A stretch of 64,000 bases of DNA from a virus, in IMG/VR virus record IMGVR_UViG_3300012954_000007. One strand, written 5' to 3'. A model generated the notes under the pieces. It did no database searches. It worked only from the letters and a program-made list of their open reading frames with translations, and was not told where the DNA came from. The position numbers and the translations under genes were made by a program. This document shows, in pieces, positions 9,338-20,300 of this stretch (positions are counted from its first letter, which is position 1; every line of letters begins with the position of its first letter).

Positions 9338-11039
9338 ACTAATTCCACCCAATAAACAATATAAAGGAGCTCCCTTAGTTGACACCATTTTAAATGTAAA
9401 TTTAGAAGACACTAGTAAACATTTAATTGAAGGTGACATTACGGTACCGTTAAATTTGGCTGAAAGATTCAACGATGAAAGACAAAATTTTTCACTATAT
9501 AGAATTTATGGCAAACTCCAACCCTATATTGAAAATGCGTACTCAGGTAGAGCCGACCAAACAGTATCAAATTTAATTTATAATATGTATTTAACCACTA
9601 ATTATTTTAGTGCTAATACTACAACTAATAGTGTTAATTTTATAGGTTATCCTGACTTTTCAGAATTTGATTTTGTTAGAGATGATGTGGATGAGTCGGT
9701 TAATGATGAGACTAATTGGAATTTATATGTAACAATACCAACAACCTGTAATGAGTTACAGGAGATGACATATACAGCAGTAGAAGGAGGTAATAGTATG
9801 AGTTTTACTGCTTTTGAAGGTATTCCGTACTACATAACAAATAAAAAAGTGGGTGGAAAGAATCTCTTAGAGTTTACATGTCCAGTACCTCACGGGTTAA
9901 AAAAAGGTAATTATGTCAGATTAGACATTAAAGTGCCAAATTATACTTTTGCAAATGGAGTTAATACCTATCCTGTATTTAGTTTAGGTAATGGTAAAAG
10001 AAAATCAGACAAGTTTGTTTTTAACTTATATATACCCCAAGTAGACATAGGACCCAACCCAATAAATGACGGAACCCTAGGAGTTTTTAGAAGACAACTA
10101 ATTAAAAATGATATTAGTAGTTTATCTAATTATTACGTTTTAGTACATGAAATAGTTACTAATGTAGAAGATTATCAAATCACTAAATGTGCTTTTGCTG
10201 AAGGAGTTTTTAAAAAAGTAGAAAAATTTCAAAGTAAAGAAGAGTCTCCGAACGCGGAGGATAAAATAGTTACAAAACAAGCTTATCCTACTTACGTATA
10301 TACATTCACAAAAGATATAAATGTTAAAAAATATTTAGACAATTTAAAAAGACCAATAACAACTTTGTATGTTACTGCTTTACTTAGAAACAATTTAGGT
10401 TATTTCGATTATCCACCACAATATGGGTGGGGGTGGAACTTCCCATATTCATTTAATGATGGTAATATTGGTACACAAATAGTCAAAGGAAACCCTAATG
10501 ACCCACAACCCGTAACAGGAATAATATATACCTACCCAGGAGGTTCACCAGGACCACTTAAATCTGGTTTACCTTTAGTTCCTGGTGATAAACTTAGAGG
10601 TGCGTTTACCGAGTATAATATGCATGAACTTAAAGAACGTACCATTTCAGATATTAAACATAATTTTAATTTTAACCCACAAGTCTTTAATGGAGCTGAA
10701 GGTTATACCTATAAGCCCCACTACCCAGTTAAAATTAAAGTGTATTCCGATTACATTGAATCAGGAGACCCCAATAAAATAGCAAACGTGCCAAGTTACT
10801 CTACTTATTTTGAAACAGAAAAAACTTGGAAATGGAGAGATATTTATGAGATTGGTTTTGTGGAAGGTACTAATGGTGTAGATTATCCTTTTCTAAATGC
10901 TGCTCACTATCCCAAAACAGATATTAATTTTTTTACTTCTCGTACTGTTAGAAGTAGTGCATTTAATGAAAATGCTTCTATAACTTTAAGTGGGGCTAAT
11001 AATACAATAGAAAACTTTACTGTAGATGGCTGTGAATAA
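9318..11039 (+). CDS. Putative virion structural protein
   Basis: Long ORF translationally coupled within the tail cluster. Confidence 0.7.
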   Translation: MMQENYKLIPPNKQYKGAPLVDTILNVNLEDTSKHLIEGDITVPLNLAERFNDERQNFSLYRIYGKLQPYIENAYSGRADQTVSNLIYNMYLTTNYFSANTTTNSVNFIGYPDFSEFDFVRDDVDESVNDETNWNLYVTIPTTCNELQEMTYTAVEGGNSMSFTAFEGIPYYITNKKVGGKNLLEFTCPVPHGLKKGNYVRLDIKVPNYTFANGVNTYPVFSLGNGKRKSDKFVFNLYIPQVDIGPNPINDGTLGVFRRQLIKNDISSLSNYYVLVHEIVTNVEDYQITKCAFAEGVFKKVEKFQSKEESPNAEDKIVTKQAYPTYVYTFTKDINVKKYLDNLKRPITTLYVTALLRNNLGYFDYPPQYGWGWNFPYSFNDGNIGTQIVKGNPNDPQPVTGIIYTYPGGSPGPLKSGLPLVPGDKLRGAFTEYNMHELKERTISDIKHNFNFNPQVFNGAEGYTYKPHYPVKIKVYSDYIESGDPNKIANVPSYSTYFETEKTWKWRDIYEIGFVEGTNGVDYPFLNAAHYPKTDINFFTSRTVRSSAFNENASITLSGANNTIENFTVDGCE

Positions 11040-12060
11040 ATTAAAAATAAGAGCAAATCAAATAAAAGATGGTGTTTATGACCGTCAAATGGTTTTTCCT
11101 ATGGGTCAAACTTTTGATGAGGTCGGTAGAGAAGATTTAATTCAAACCTACGAAGATGAAACCATAGATAAATTAATTGGGATTAAAAAAGATTACGAAG
11201 TAGTCAGATATACACAATCCCCACAAGAAAACGGTGACCCTAGTCCTAATTTATTTTATAATTTTAATTTAGGTGCCATGATAGATTCTAATCTTAGTAC
11301 TTTTACAACATTATTTCCATCAGAACCTAATTTATCACTTTCACCAGGTCCCCCTTTTGGGTGGGATACTAATAACGACCCTTGTCCAGATAAGTTACCT
11401 AATTATTATCCAGATAATTCCACCAATACCATTTATTTACCCTATGACCCAAATTTCGTTGGTACCTGGTATGGGTATGATTTTCAAAACTTTACACCAG
11501 AAGAAACTTACAAAAATAATAAATCTTTTACGAAAAGTTTTTTTAAATTAGATTTATATAATAGTAGAGATAGAAAACAACAAAAACTTTTTATTAGTAT
11601 AATTATTAATCCTATAAACGGTAAAAAAATACTAAGACCAACCCTGAGTGTACAGTGTCCTAGTGAAACTTTAGATGGGAGATGGAATTGTAGACCAGAA
11701 GGAGAACAATTTTGTCCTACACCTAGTTTTGAGTTAGACCCAGTAAATAATAATGAGGGGTACTATATTTACTGGTTAAAAGAAAAAACATTTTTAGATT
11801 TAGATGTTTTTTATATGAGTTGTAAATTTTACAATGCAAAAACAGGTGAAGTAACACAATTAATTAACACCCCACAGTCTGATATAAATTTACAAACTAA
11901 CCAACCATTTAGTATATCTAAAGAAGATTATTATTATTATAGGGTAGTATTAAATCAAGATAGATTTAATTATACTATTTATAAAACTAGTGATGGAACT
12001 CGTGTAGGTGACGAAGAAAACAATCCTATAAACTTTTACCAGTATTTTAACGCACCATAA
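11026..12060 (+). CDS. Putative virion structural protein
   Basis: Coupled ORF in the tail cluster. Confidence 0.7.
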   Translation: MAVNKLKIRANQIKDGVYDRQMVFPMGQTFDEVGREDLIQTYEDETIDKLIGIKKDYEVVRYTQSPQENGDPSPNLFYNFNLGAMIDSNLSTFTTLFPSEPNLSLSPGPPFGWDTNNDPCPDKLPNYYPDNSTNTIYLPYDPNFVGTWYGYDFQNFTPEETYKNNKSFTKSFFKLDLYNSRDRKQQKLFISIIINPINGKKILRPTLSVQCPSETLDGRWNCRPEGEQFCPTPSFELDPVNNNEGYYIYWLKEKTFLDLDVFYMSCKFYNAKTGEVTQLINTPQSDINLQTNQPFSISKEDYYYYRVVLNQDRFNYTIYKTSDGTRVGDEENNPINFYQYFNAP

Positions 12061-13664
12061 TGGAGGAATATAAATTCACAATAAAAAGAAGATTTTATCC
12101 TGGTGGTGAAGAAGTAATGCCACCTAGTTTACCTAAAGGTTACGTACATCAAACCTCACCTACTGTCCCACAAGGTCAAAATTGTTTGAATTGTTATTTT
12201 TATAATAATAATTTATGTGATTATTGGAATGCTGAGGTAAAAAATGATTATTGGTGTAAAAAGTGGTCAGACCCACAAAGTTTAATACAAGATTTACCTG
12301 AACCCGCTCCATGTATAACAGGTTTTACTGTCCCTATTACTATAGTAGAAGATTTTAATGATATTGGTGTTTATACACCATGGGACGGTCTTGTATTACA
12401 GAGAGATGTTATCAATAATTTTTTATATACGGGTACTGGATTGTCAGTTACGGTAACTAACACTTCTGATGTTGATTTTAAAAGATTTTTAACTTTTGCT
12501 AATTATACTATTGAATGGGGAGACGGTAACCAAAGTTTTCTAACACTAGACCAACCTTCTAGTACACACGCTTATTCTTCTGCGGGGGAATATAAATTAA
12601 CTTTAAAACAAATTAATCCTTGGGGTACCACTCGAATTAATAAAATTATACAATTACCATACGATAGTAATGTAAATATAGTTAATCCGTATGGTACCGT
12701 AGAAATACAACCCCCTAATTTCGGTGACCCTATAGGGTGTGATGTTGTTTTACAAGATTATATTTTTAGTGGGGATAGTAATCCGGATGTTTATGATTTT
12801 TTTACCTTTAATTATATAGATGTTCCATTTGAAGTAACTGGGTACACCACAACTAGTAACCTAAATTTATTTTTAGAGTATGGGTCAAACGGATTACCTT
12901 CTACAGGTACTAGTATAAATTTAACATCTGACTTAACTGGTGAAATACTTGAGGTTACTCCAGATTACACAGCTTACACTATAAATGATATAGTATATAC
13001 TGATTTTAGTGGGGGTACTACGTTATTTAATGCTTTAAGTACTGGAATAAATCCTGATAATGTTGAATGGGAATGTTGTGATGAAACATTAAGTGACCCT
13101 TGTCCCTGTAAAGAAAAAGGTAATACCATACCTAAAGGGGATTATGACCCGAATATAGTTTACATGCAAGGAGCTACTGTTTCATATGATGAATGTTGTT
13201 GGTACTGTAATCCCGAATCATCAGGTGTCTATGAATGTGATGCACCACCCACTTATGGAGATAAAATATGGGAACCATGTTTACCTTGTTCAGAAAAACA
13301 ATCTGTACCAAAATCTACAAATAAGGTATTGGAGATAGATGAATATAACCCTTCTTTTACATATAAGATGGGTCAACAAGTTTCATTTTACGGTGAAATT
13401 TATTCTTTTGAAGGTACAAGAATAATAAATGATAGTGGGACTACTGAAGATGTACAAGGGACATCAGGGTGGATTGAGTTAACTTATAACACCACTTATA
13501 TAAATGAAGATAACATATCAATAACAGAGACAGTACCATATCAAGATTTAAAAGAAAGATTATGGATTGGTGGTTATACCACAAACCCTGAATTTGATAT
13601 TTTAGATTGGGAAGGAAAATCAAAACAACAATTAATTAAATCTACAATTTGGAACAAGTTATGA
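12060..13664 (+). CDS. Tail-cluster protein with N-terminal HiPIP-like Cys motif, PKD domain and CBM5/12-like repeats
   Basis: QNCLNCYFY...C..W...V...YWCKKW; PKD signature IEWGDG..STHAYSSAGEYKLTL; YDPNIVYMQGATVSY and YNPSFTYKMGQQVSFYGEIY. Confidence 0.75.
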   Translation: MEEYKFTIKRRFYPGGEEVMPPSLPKGYVHQTSPTVPQGQNCLNCYFYNNNLCDYWNAEVKNDYWCKKWSDPQSLIQDLPEPAPCITGFTVPITIVEDFNDIGVYTPWDGLVLQRDVINNFLYTGTGLSVTVTNTSDVDFKRFLTFANYTIEWGDGNQSFLTLDQPSSTHAYSSAGEYKLTLKQINPWGTTRINKIIQLPYDSNVNIVNPYGTVEIQPPNFGDPIGCDVVLQDYIFSGDSNPDVYDFFTFNYIDVPFEVTGYTTTSNLNLFLEYGSNGLPSTGTSINLTSDLTGEILEVTPDYTAYTINDIVYTDFSGGTTLFNALSTGINPDNVEWECCDETLSDPCPCKEKGNTIPKGDYDPNIVYMQGATVSYDECCWYCNPESSGVYECDAPPTYGDKIWEPCLPCSEKQSVPKSTNKVLEIDEYNPSFTYKMGQQVSFYGEIYSFEGTRIINDSGTTEDVQGTSGWIELTYNTTYINEDNISITETVPYQDLKERLWIGGYTTNPEFDILDWEGKSKQQLIKSTIWNKL

Positions 13665-13700
13665 TATATTATAATAAATTAATTCACAAAATAAGTATAA

Positions 13701-16415
13701 ATGGCTAGATATGAAGATTTTGGTGGAGGGGGTAATAATCCCTGTGGAGCATACTACCCTAGAAGTGGTCCTTTAAATATGGCTTCTGAAAGTGCTTGTG
13801 TACCTCAAAATTATGGGTCTCAACCAGCTGATGGGGCTAATTTTAATTTTTGGGGACCAGAAGCGGGAACTACAAGAGGAAAAGGGTTGTGTTGTGATGT
13901 ATTTAAAAGAATAGGTCCACAATCTTACGTTTGGGAACCAACTACATATTACCCTATTTTTAGTACAGTTGCGGGTACTGGTGAAGAATGTCCAGGATGT
14001 TTCTACCACGCAAGACGGAACCATACTTCAAGTAACGATAGTAGTGGGGTCGCGTGGAGTGATGACAAACCTTGTGAACATAAATTGGCATGGTTTGTGA
14101 ATTCTGTTAATGATTATGTTGAAAAATGGTCAGGTTGTAAAGCATTAATAGATGAAGGAATGCCTGGTAACTGTACAATGCACCATTCTTTTGGTTTAAT
14201 CATGGATACAACAACAAACATATCACATATGGGGTCACCTAACGGGTCATGTCAAAGTAACTGTATGCAATTGAATATTAATTACTTTGAACAATATGTC
14301 GCGGGTCAATATTTAACTTACGCTCAATACCCACCTAATAATTTTGATGATAAAACAGCTTATGATTGTGAAACTAAAAAAACAGACTTTCAAGGAAATA
14401 ATGGTCCCACAGGTTCGAAACTTATTTGGGCGGGATTTGCACCAAATCAATGGAACCCAAGTAATTCATCACCTAATAACTCTCCAGGGTTAGGTAACCA
14501 GTCTAAAAACTTTGGGCCCACAAACCCAGTCCCTGGTTATACAACAGCTACTGTTATAAACTGGGACCCAACACTAGGAAACTCACCTTCAAATCAAACT
14601 TATGCTGTAAGACAAAATTTGAATGGTGTAATGTATCAGGGGTACTTACCTGAAAATTCAAATGAAAATAACGCGTGGGGATTACTCTCTCCTTCGTTAG
14701 GTGGAACCCCATCACAAGAAGACTCCCATCTTTGGGCTCGTAAAAGTGTATGGAGGGTAAGTGATGCGGGAGAGGACGCTTACCCAACATCTATAGATGA
14801 TGCATTTGCATGTTGTACTTATGTAAGTTTTGGTTGTACAGACCCGTCTTTTGGAAATTATGACCCTAACGCTTTTTTAGATTGCGATGGTATACCTAAA
14901 ACAAATAGGGAATTAGTCACCGTAGACGACAATGGCGTTGAAACAATCACTTGTGATGATATAAATGGAAATCCTGGTGTGTGTTGGGATAGTAATGGAT
15001 TACAATGTTCAGAATGTATAGATAATACGGGAAGTCCTAACGCGGCACTTAACGGGTTACCTAACCCTAATTATAATCCTAATTACGGTGAATACTTTAA
15101 TGCCCCAAATGGTAACTGTACACAACAGATTTTAGATTCTTGTGGTTCAGGTGGGCAGTTAAGTGTCAACGCTTGGACAGATATGTTTAACATGAGACCT
15201 ACATCTTCACTATATGGTGGAGGAGCAACATATTTAGGGAATCCAAATAAAGGTGACGGTAGAGCAAAATTTTGGGATAAAGATGGGGTAGATGTGACTA
15301 ACCCTAATGTAAGACCTAGATGTCAGTGTAATAATTCTGGATGTTTACTTCCAGGTGCGGACACTTATTCCTCACTTAACACAACAGATTGTTCTAATCA
15401 ACCAGCTTCAGTTAGTTTTCTGGGTATGTTAGTGGGTGATGTAACTTGTTGTAGTTACACTAAATACGGTTGTACTGATGAAACTAAAATTACTCCACCA
15501 CTAAATAATTATTTTTGTTCTATAGATATTAATGGGGATGGTACACCAGATAACCAGATGTTTTGTATGGACCCTACTACAGGAATACCTTGTAATATGG
15601 GACCTTGTCCCGCGAATGGTGGGGTACCTTTAGGTCCAGGAAGTGGTACTCCAGGGTTCAATAATCCTACAGTTAATCTTATAGATGATGGAAGTTGTGA
15701 TTTAATTTTAATACCTGGTTGTAAAGACGACGGTGGAAATTTAGCGGGTGGTAGTTGGCCTAGTCCAGTCTATCCTGGATACGCAGCAATGAATTATGAT
15801 GCATCCGCTACAGTTCATATACAAAATTTATGTGAGTATGTATTTGGATGTCCCGACCCACTAGCAGATAATGCCTTAACACCAGTATGTCCTTCCTCTA
15901 CTTTAACTGGTAGTATATCTAATTGTGCTACTGTTTACGGAGTAACCAATCAATTTGTAGAAGACAACCTTATTCCAAACATAGAATGTTGTGATTATAA
16001 TATACCTGGAACAGGACCTGGATGTACAGACCCTAACGCATTAAACTTTAATCCATTAGCGGACACAGATGACGGAAGTTGTATTTACAACATTGAAGGA
16101 TGTACAGACCCTAACGCGTTAAATTTTAACCCTGCAGCTACTTTAGATGACTCCTCTTGTTTGTACCCAGGTGACTATCCGATAGAGGGAGATAACTTCT
16201 TAGACGGTAGTCCAATAGAAATATGTAGAGAACCTTTAACAAAAGAAGAGGTATTAATGAATGTTTGTCAACCAACAGAAATACAATCAGAAGTATTTAT
16301 TGAAAGAGGAAAACAATCTGTGTTTGAACCTAACCAAAGATTAGATGAGGTAAGAACAATAGGAGGTTTAAAAATATACGGTTACGGGTTTTATAACATA
16401 AAAGAACAAATATAA
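13701..16415 (+). CDS. Cys-rich tail-cluster protein with GCTDP..A.N(Y/F)..A..DDGSC repeats
   Basis: Multiple GCxDP units, a DINGDG Ca-binding-type loop and a Cys/Gly/Asn/Pro-rich composition. Confidence 0.75.
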   Translation: MARYEDFGGGGNNPCGAYYPRSGPLNMASESACVPQNYGSQPADGANFNFWGPEAGTTRGKGLCCDVFKRIGPQSYVWEPTTYYPIFSTVAGTGEECPGCFYHARRNHTSSNDSSGVAWSDDKPCEHKLAWFVNSVNDYVEKWSGCKALIDEGMPGNCTMHHSFGLIMDTTTNISHMGSPNGSCQSNCMQLNINYFEQYVAGQYLTYAQYPPNNFDDKTAYDCETKKTDFQGNNGPTGSKLIWAGFAPNQWNPSNSSPNNSPGLGNQSKNFGPTNPVPGYTTATVINWDPTLGNSPSNQTYAVRQNLNGVMYQGYLPENSNENNAWGLLSPSLGGTPSQEDSHLWARKSVWRVSDAGEDAYPTSIDDAFACCTYVSFGCTDPSFGNYDPNAFLDCDGIPKTNRELVTVDDNGVETITCDDINGNPGVCWDSNGLQCSECIDNTGSPNAALNGLPNPNYNPNYGEYFNAPNGNCTQQILDSCGSGGQLSVNAWTDMFNMRPTSSLYGGGATYLGNPNKGDGRAKFWDKDGVDVTNPNVRPRCQCNNSGCLLPGADTYSSLNTTDCSNQPASVSFLGMLVGDVTCCSYTKYGCTDETKITPPLNNYFCSIDINGDGTPDNQMFCMDPTTGIPCNMGPCPANGGVPLGPGSGTPGFNNPTVNLIDDGSCDLILIPGCKDDGGNLAGGSWPSPVYPGYAAMNYDASATVHIQNLCEYVFGCPDPLADNALTPVCPSSTLTGSISNCATVYGVTNQFVEDNLIPNIECCDYNIPGTGPGCTDPNALNFNPLADTDDGSCIYNIEGCTDPNALNFNPAATLDDSSCLYPGDYPIEGDNFLDGSPIEICREPLTKEEVLMNVCQPTEIQSEVFIERGKQSVFEPNQRLDEVRTIGGLKIYGYGFYNIKEQI
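16020..16165 (+). repeat. Tandem 78-nt coding repeat (GCTDPNALNFNP.A..DD.SC.Y x2)
   Basis: ggatgtacagaccctaacgc occurs at 16020 and 16098. Confidence 0.9.
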
Positions 16416-16421
16416 TATAAG

Positions 16422-17333
16422 ATGGCATTAGGAACATACGGAATAAAAAGATTATCAGACGTTTCTCCAGAAAATGTGGAGATAATTTCTTTATATACAC
16501 CTAGTAGGGAATCGACAGCTGATACTATCATTACAAAATTAAATACAAAAAGTATTTTAACCCCTTATTATCATAATACAGAAACTGGGGGTACTCCTGA
16601 CGTGGAATTACTAGGTGGTGTATATAATTTAAAATTACCTTATAATGATTTTAAAGATAAAGGTATATATAATTTAATTATAAGACCATTAGAAATTAGG
16701 ACATCTATTACTGATTGTGGTGTTTTGTCCTCTTTACCTACTGTAAAAGGATTAGTATTTGATTTAAATAATGTCCCTACGGAGTCTAGAAATAAATTTG
16801 TAAATAATGGTTTAGTAGGATATAGAGTAGAATATTTAAATAGTGATGGTACTAAAATTCCTAATTTTTATAGAATTGTAACATCATCTTTTTTCTGTGA
16901 ACCAGTAACTCAAAACTTAACAAATAGTAATCAAAAAGCTATTAGATATAGGTACATTAATGGCGGTAGTAATTTATTATTTTGTACTTTAACTCCTACT
17001 TCAGCACCTTCTAATAAACCTACAGCTTTACCTTACATTGGCCAACCAGCACAAAATGTTATTATAACTAACACACATTTTAATCCAATACACATTGAAA
17101 TTGAAATGGTAGATTATGATGTGGATAGTTTAGGTATAGCACTTTACGGTAACCAAACCAAATCTCTTAGTGATGGAATTTATACCATTTATGACACTAG
17201 TGATAACATTTACAAACAATATAATTTATACGAAACTAGAGACCAATTTGGAGAACCACTATACGAGGTTAGACAAGATAGAGGTAATAACATAGACTTT
17301 ACAAAAGCATTTAATAATATTGCACAACAGTAA
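16422..17333 (+). CDS. Putative virion structural protein
   Basis: Full-length ORF coupled to the following giant gene (TAATG overlap). Confidence 0.7.
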   Translation: MALGTYGIKRLSDVSPENVEIISLYTPSRESTADTIITKLNTKSILTPYYHNTETGGTPDVELLGGVYNLKLPYNDFKDKGIYNLIIRPLEIRTSITDCGVLSSLPTVKGLVFDLNNVPTESRNKFVNNGLVGYRVEYLNSDGTKIPNFYRIVTSSFFCEPVTQNLTNSNQKAIRYRYINGGSNLLFCTLTPTSAPSNKPTALPYIGQPAQNVIITNTHFNPIHIEIEMVDYDVDSLGIALYGNQTKSLSDGIYTIYDTSDNIYKQYNLYETRDQFGEPLYEVRQDRGNNIDFTKAFNNIAQQ

Positions 17334-20300
17334 TGGCTGGAATTTATAATAATAGTAATAGTCCTATACCAGGTAATGGAGCTGACTTTTTTGGTGACAA
17401 ATTAGTGGGAAATCAATTTGTTGATGGAGTCTCTCAGTTTACTCTAGGTAATTTTGAAATAAAAAGTAATATATCACAAAAAGACTCTAGGGATTTTAGT
17501 CTAGGTAATTTTTCTGAACCTATATCTTTAGAGACTCTTAATATTAAAACTTCGGAAGAAGCTAAAATACTAGCATCAAATAGATTAGAGGTTTTTATAA
17601 ACTACAATAGAAATAAAATTACTAATTTTACTCTTTATGGTTCCTTAAGGGAAAGGTTGAGAGTGGCTGTTACGAATATTATAAAAACTTTCCCAGCGGC
17701 AGTAGTATTTAAAGAAATACGAACTTGGTTAGATTATTTAAGTGGTGAAACAGCCACAAACATTATCTATGACCCGAATCTAGATACAACAAAATTAAAT
17801 CTAAACGTACCCAACGCGTATAACCCATTTAATATAGAATATAGTACAAATGGAAATACCTATACTGACCCCAATGTTTCACCTTTAAGAAATTTAACTT
17901 TAGAGTTTAAAAAATATTCTTTATATTATAAAAATATAGAATACCCAATTACGTTTTTAAAACCTACAACTGGTACAACTAATACTGGAATTATTAATTT
18001 AGTTGTTAAAGGAAATCCTTTTAGTGGTTTAACTAACACTAGTGAAACTTTTTATCTTAAACCAAATACTCTCACAACAGAAGAAGTATTTGATAAGATG
18101 GAAGATGTTGAAAAATTCTTAGTAGAAAGAAAAAGTAAACCTCTATATACCGCTACTTTTGACCAACCAAAAGAAACTAGTACTGGTAAAATTATGAAGT
18201 CAAGTGTGTCAGTTACTTGGCCCGCATCAGATAATTGGAATTTAATTATAAAAGGTAGTACGTTCCTAAGTTATTTAGACCAACTGTATGATATTGCTGA
18301 TACTTACGATTCGTATAAAACAAATTTAATTTCTAGATTTTTAACAACCGCTGCTTTAAAAGAATTTGACACTTACGATGAAAAAGTAGATAAGATACTA
18401 AAAATTTATGGTAGAAGTTTTGACCAGATTAAAAAATATATCGATGGTCTCGCTTATATGGCAAATGTAACCTATGACGGATTAGATAATATCCCAAATG
18501 AGTTACTTAAAAATTTCGCAACCACTTTGGGTTGGAGAACCCCTTCCGCTATTAAAAATGAAGGATTTTTAGATACCATATTTAAAAGAAATACAACTGT
18601 TGAGTATGAAGGTTTAGACCAAAACCCAACACCAGCTGAACTTGACCATGAATTGTATAGAAGACTTTTAGCTAACACAGCTTATCTATTTAAATCTAAA
18701 GGAACTAGAAGAGGTATTGAATTTATGTTAAGATTTGTGGGTGCACCAGAAGCTTTAATAGAATTTAATGAACATGTTTATGTTGCAGGACAACCCCTCA
18801 ACATGAGAGAGTTTAAAGACTATGAACTAAAAATTTCTGGAGGAACTTACACTGAAGAAGTACCAGTAATGGATTCTTATTTTTCCGCTGCTACTAATAC
18901 ATTCCCACCTATAGTTATTACAGGTTATACATTCGGTTATGAAACTGTAACTAAAACTACAAATATAATACCAGAAGTTTTACCTGTAGATAAAGATGGG
19001 TATCCTACTATACCTAGGTATGGTGCTGACTCATATTATCAGTCAGGAGCAGGATGGTTTGAAGAAACCACAGAACACCAAGGGAAAAAAGTTATAGATT
19101 ATGAAACCTCAGTTTTTACTGGTAATACCCCTTTTGTACGTACGAAATTAAATCAATTTTCTTATGGAGAACCTTATTTAGAATTGTACAGAAAATTCCC
19201 AGATTCAAAATTAGGGTTTCCGATAGTCAGAACAGTTGATAATAAAAAATCATGGATAAAGAAAGACTCTTACCAACAAAGATATCTAAACCTACCAGAT
19301 AGAGGTACAAATTACCAAACAGAAAATGATAAATTAGTTATTAATGTTAAAAACGTTGATATATTCCTTAATATTGGACAAGGATTAGAATGGGATGTTT
19401 GGAATTTTTCTAAAAAATATAGTTGTCCTTTTGGTCCTAATGCTTTAGGTTCACCTTATCCTGGGGTAGGTGGTCCTGACTGGACAGAAATTGTAGCAGA
19501 TGCATCTAAGTTGTCATTTTTTGAATTTGCTCAAAAATTCTGGACTGTTTTAATTAATGTTAAAAATAGACAAACTATAGATGATGGACACGGTGGTGGG
19601 TATCCAACATTATTGAGTATATATTTAGACTACCTTAAGAGTGACCAAACTTGTGGTATACCTAGTAACAAGTATACATATGAAAAAATGATTGCCTATG
19701 TAGAAAACATGGGAGATTATTGGGTAAGATTATTAGAACAATTAGTTCCTTCTACCACAATTTGGCAGGGAGGTATTAAATATGAAAACTCCATATTCCA
19801 TCGATACAAATACGCTTATAAACACGAACCTCTTTGTGATGATTTAGAGTGTTTTGGGTCTTTTGTACATTGTTGTTATCCCATAACTCATGATATTCTA
19901 GTGGACGCTACTTTAGAATGTGGTGGATTGGCCTTTTCAGGTGCTACTTGGCAAAATAAAATTACTTTAGGTGGAACTGTATACACAGGTAACACATATT
20001 ATAGTAGTACTACAATTACTGACATTCCGAGTACCGACATTTGGTTAGATGATATGGTTAATATTCTTAGTGGTATTACAGCTGACGTTAGTGACCCTAA
20101 TAGTGTATTAAACTATTATTTAATAAACGATAATAATACACCTACAGGAATTAGTATAGAACAACCTAATTGTATTGTAATACAAGGACCTTGTAGTGGT
20201 GGTACAGACGCTTGGAATTTTAATAGTGGTTCAGACCCCCATTGTTTTAAATCGGAAATTTGCCTCACTATGGAAACCAATCAAATAAATCCAGGAGTAG

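Noticed and set aside
16020-16165. Near-identical repeat pair considered as a DGR TR/VR or CRISPR
   Set aside because: It is an in-frame tandem protein repeat with mostly synonymous, non-adenine-specific differences; there is no reverse transcriptase, spacer or cas gene in the window.
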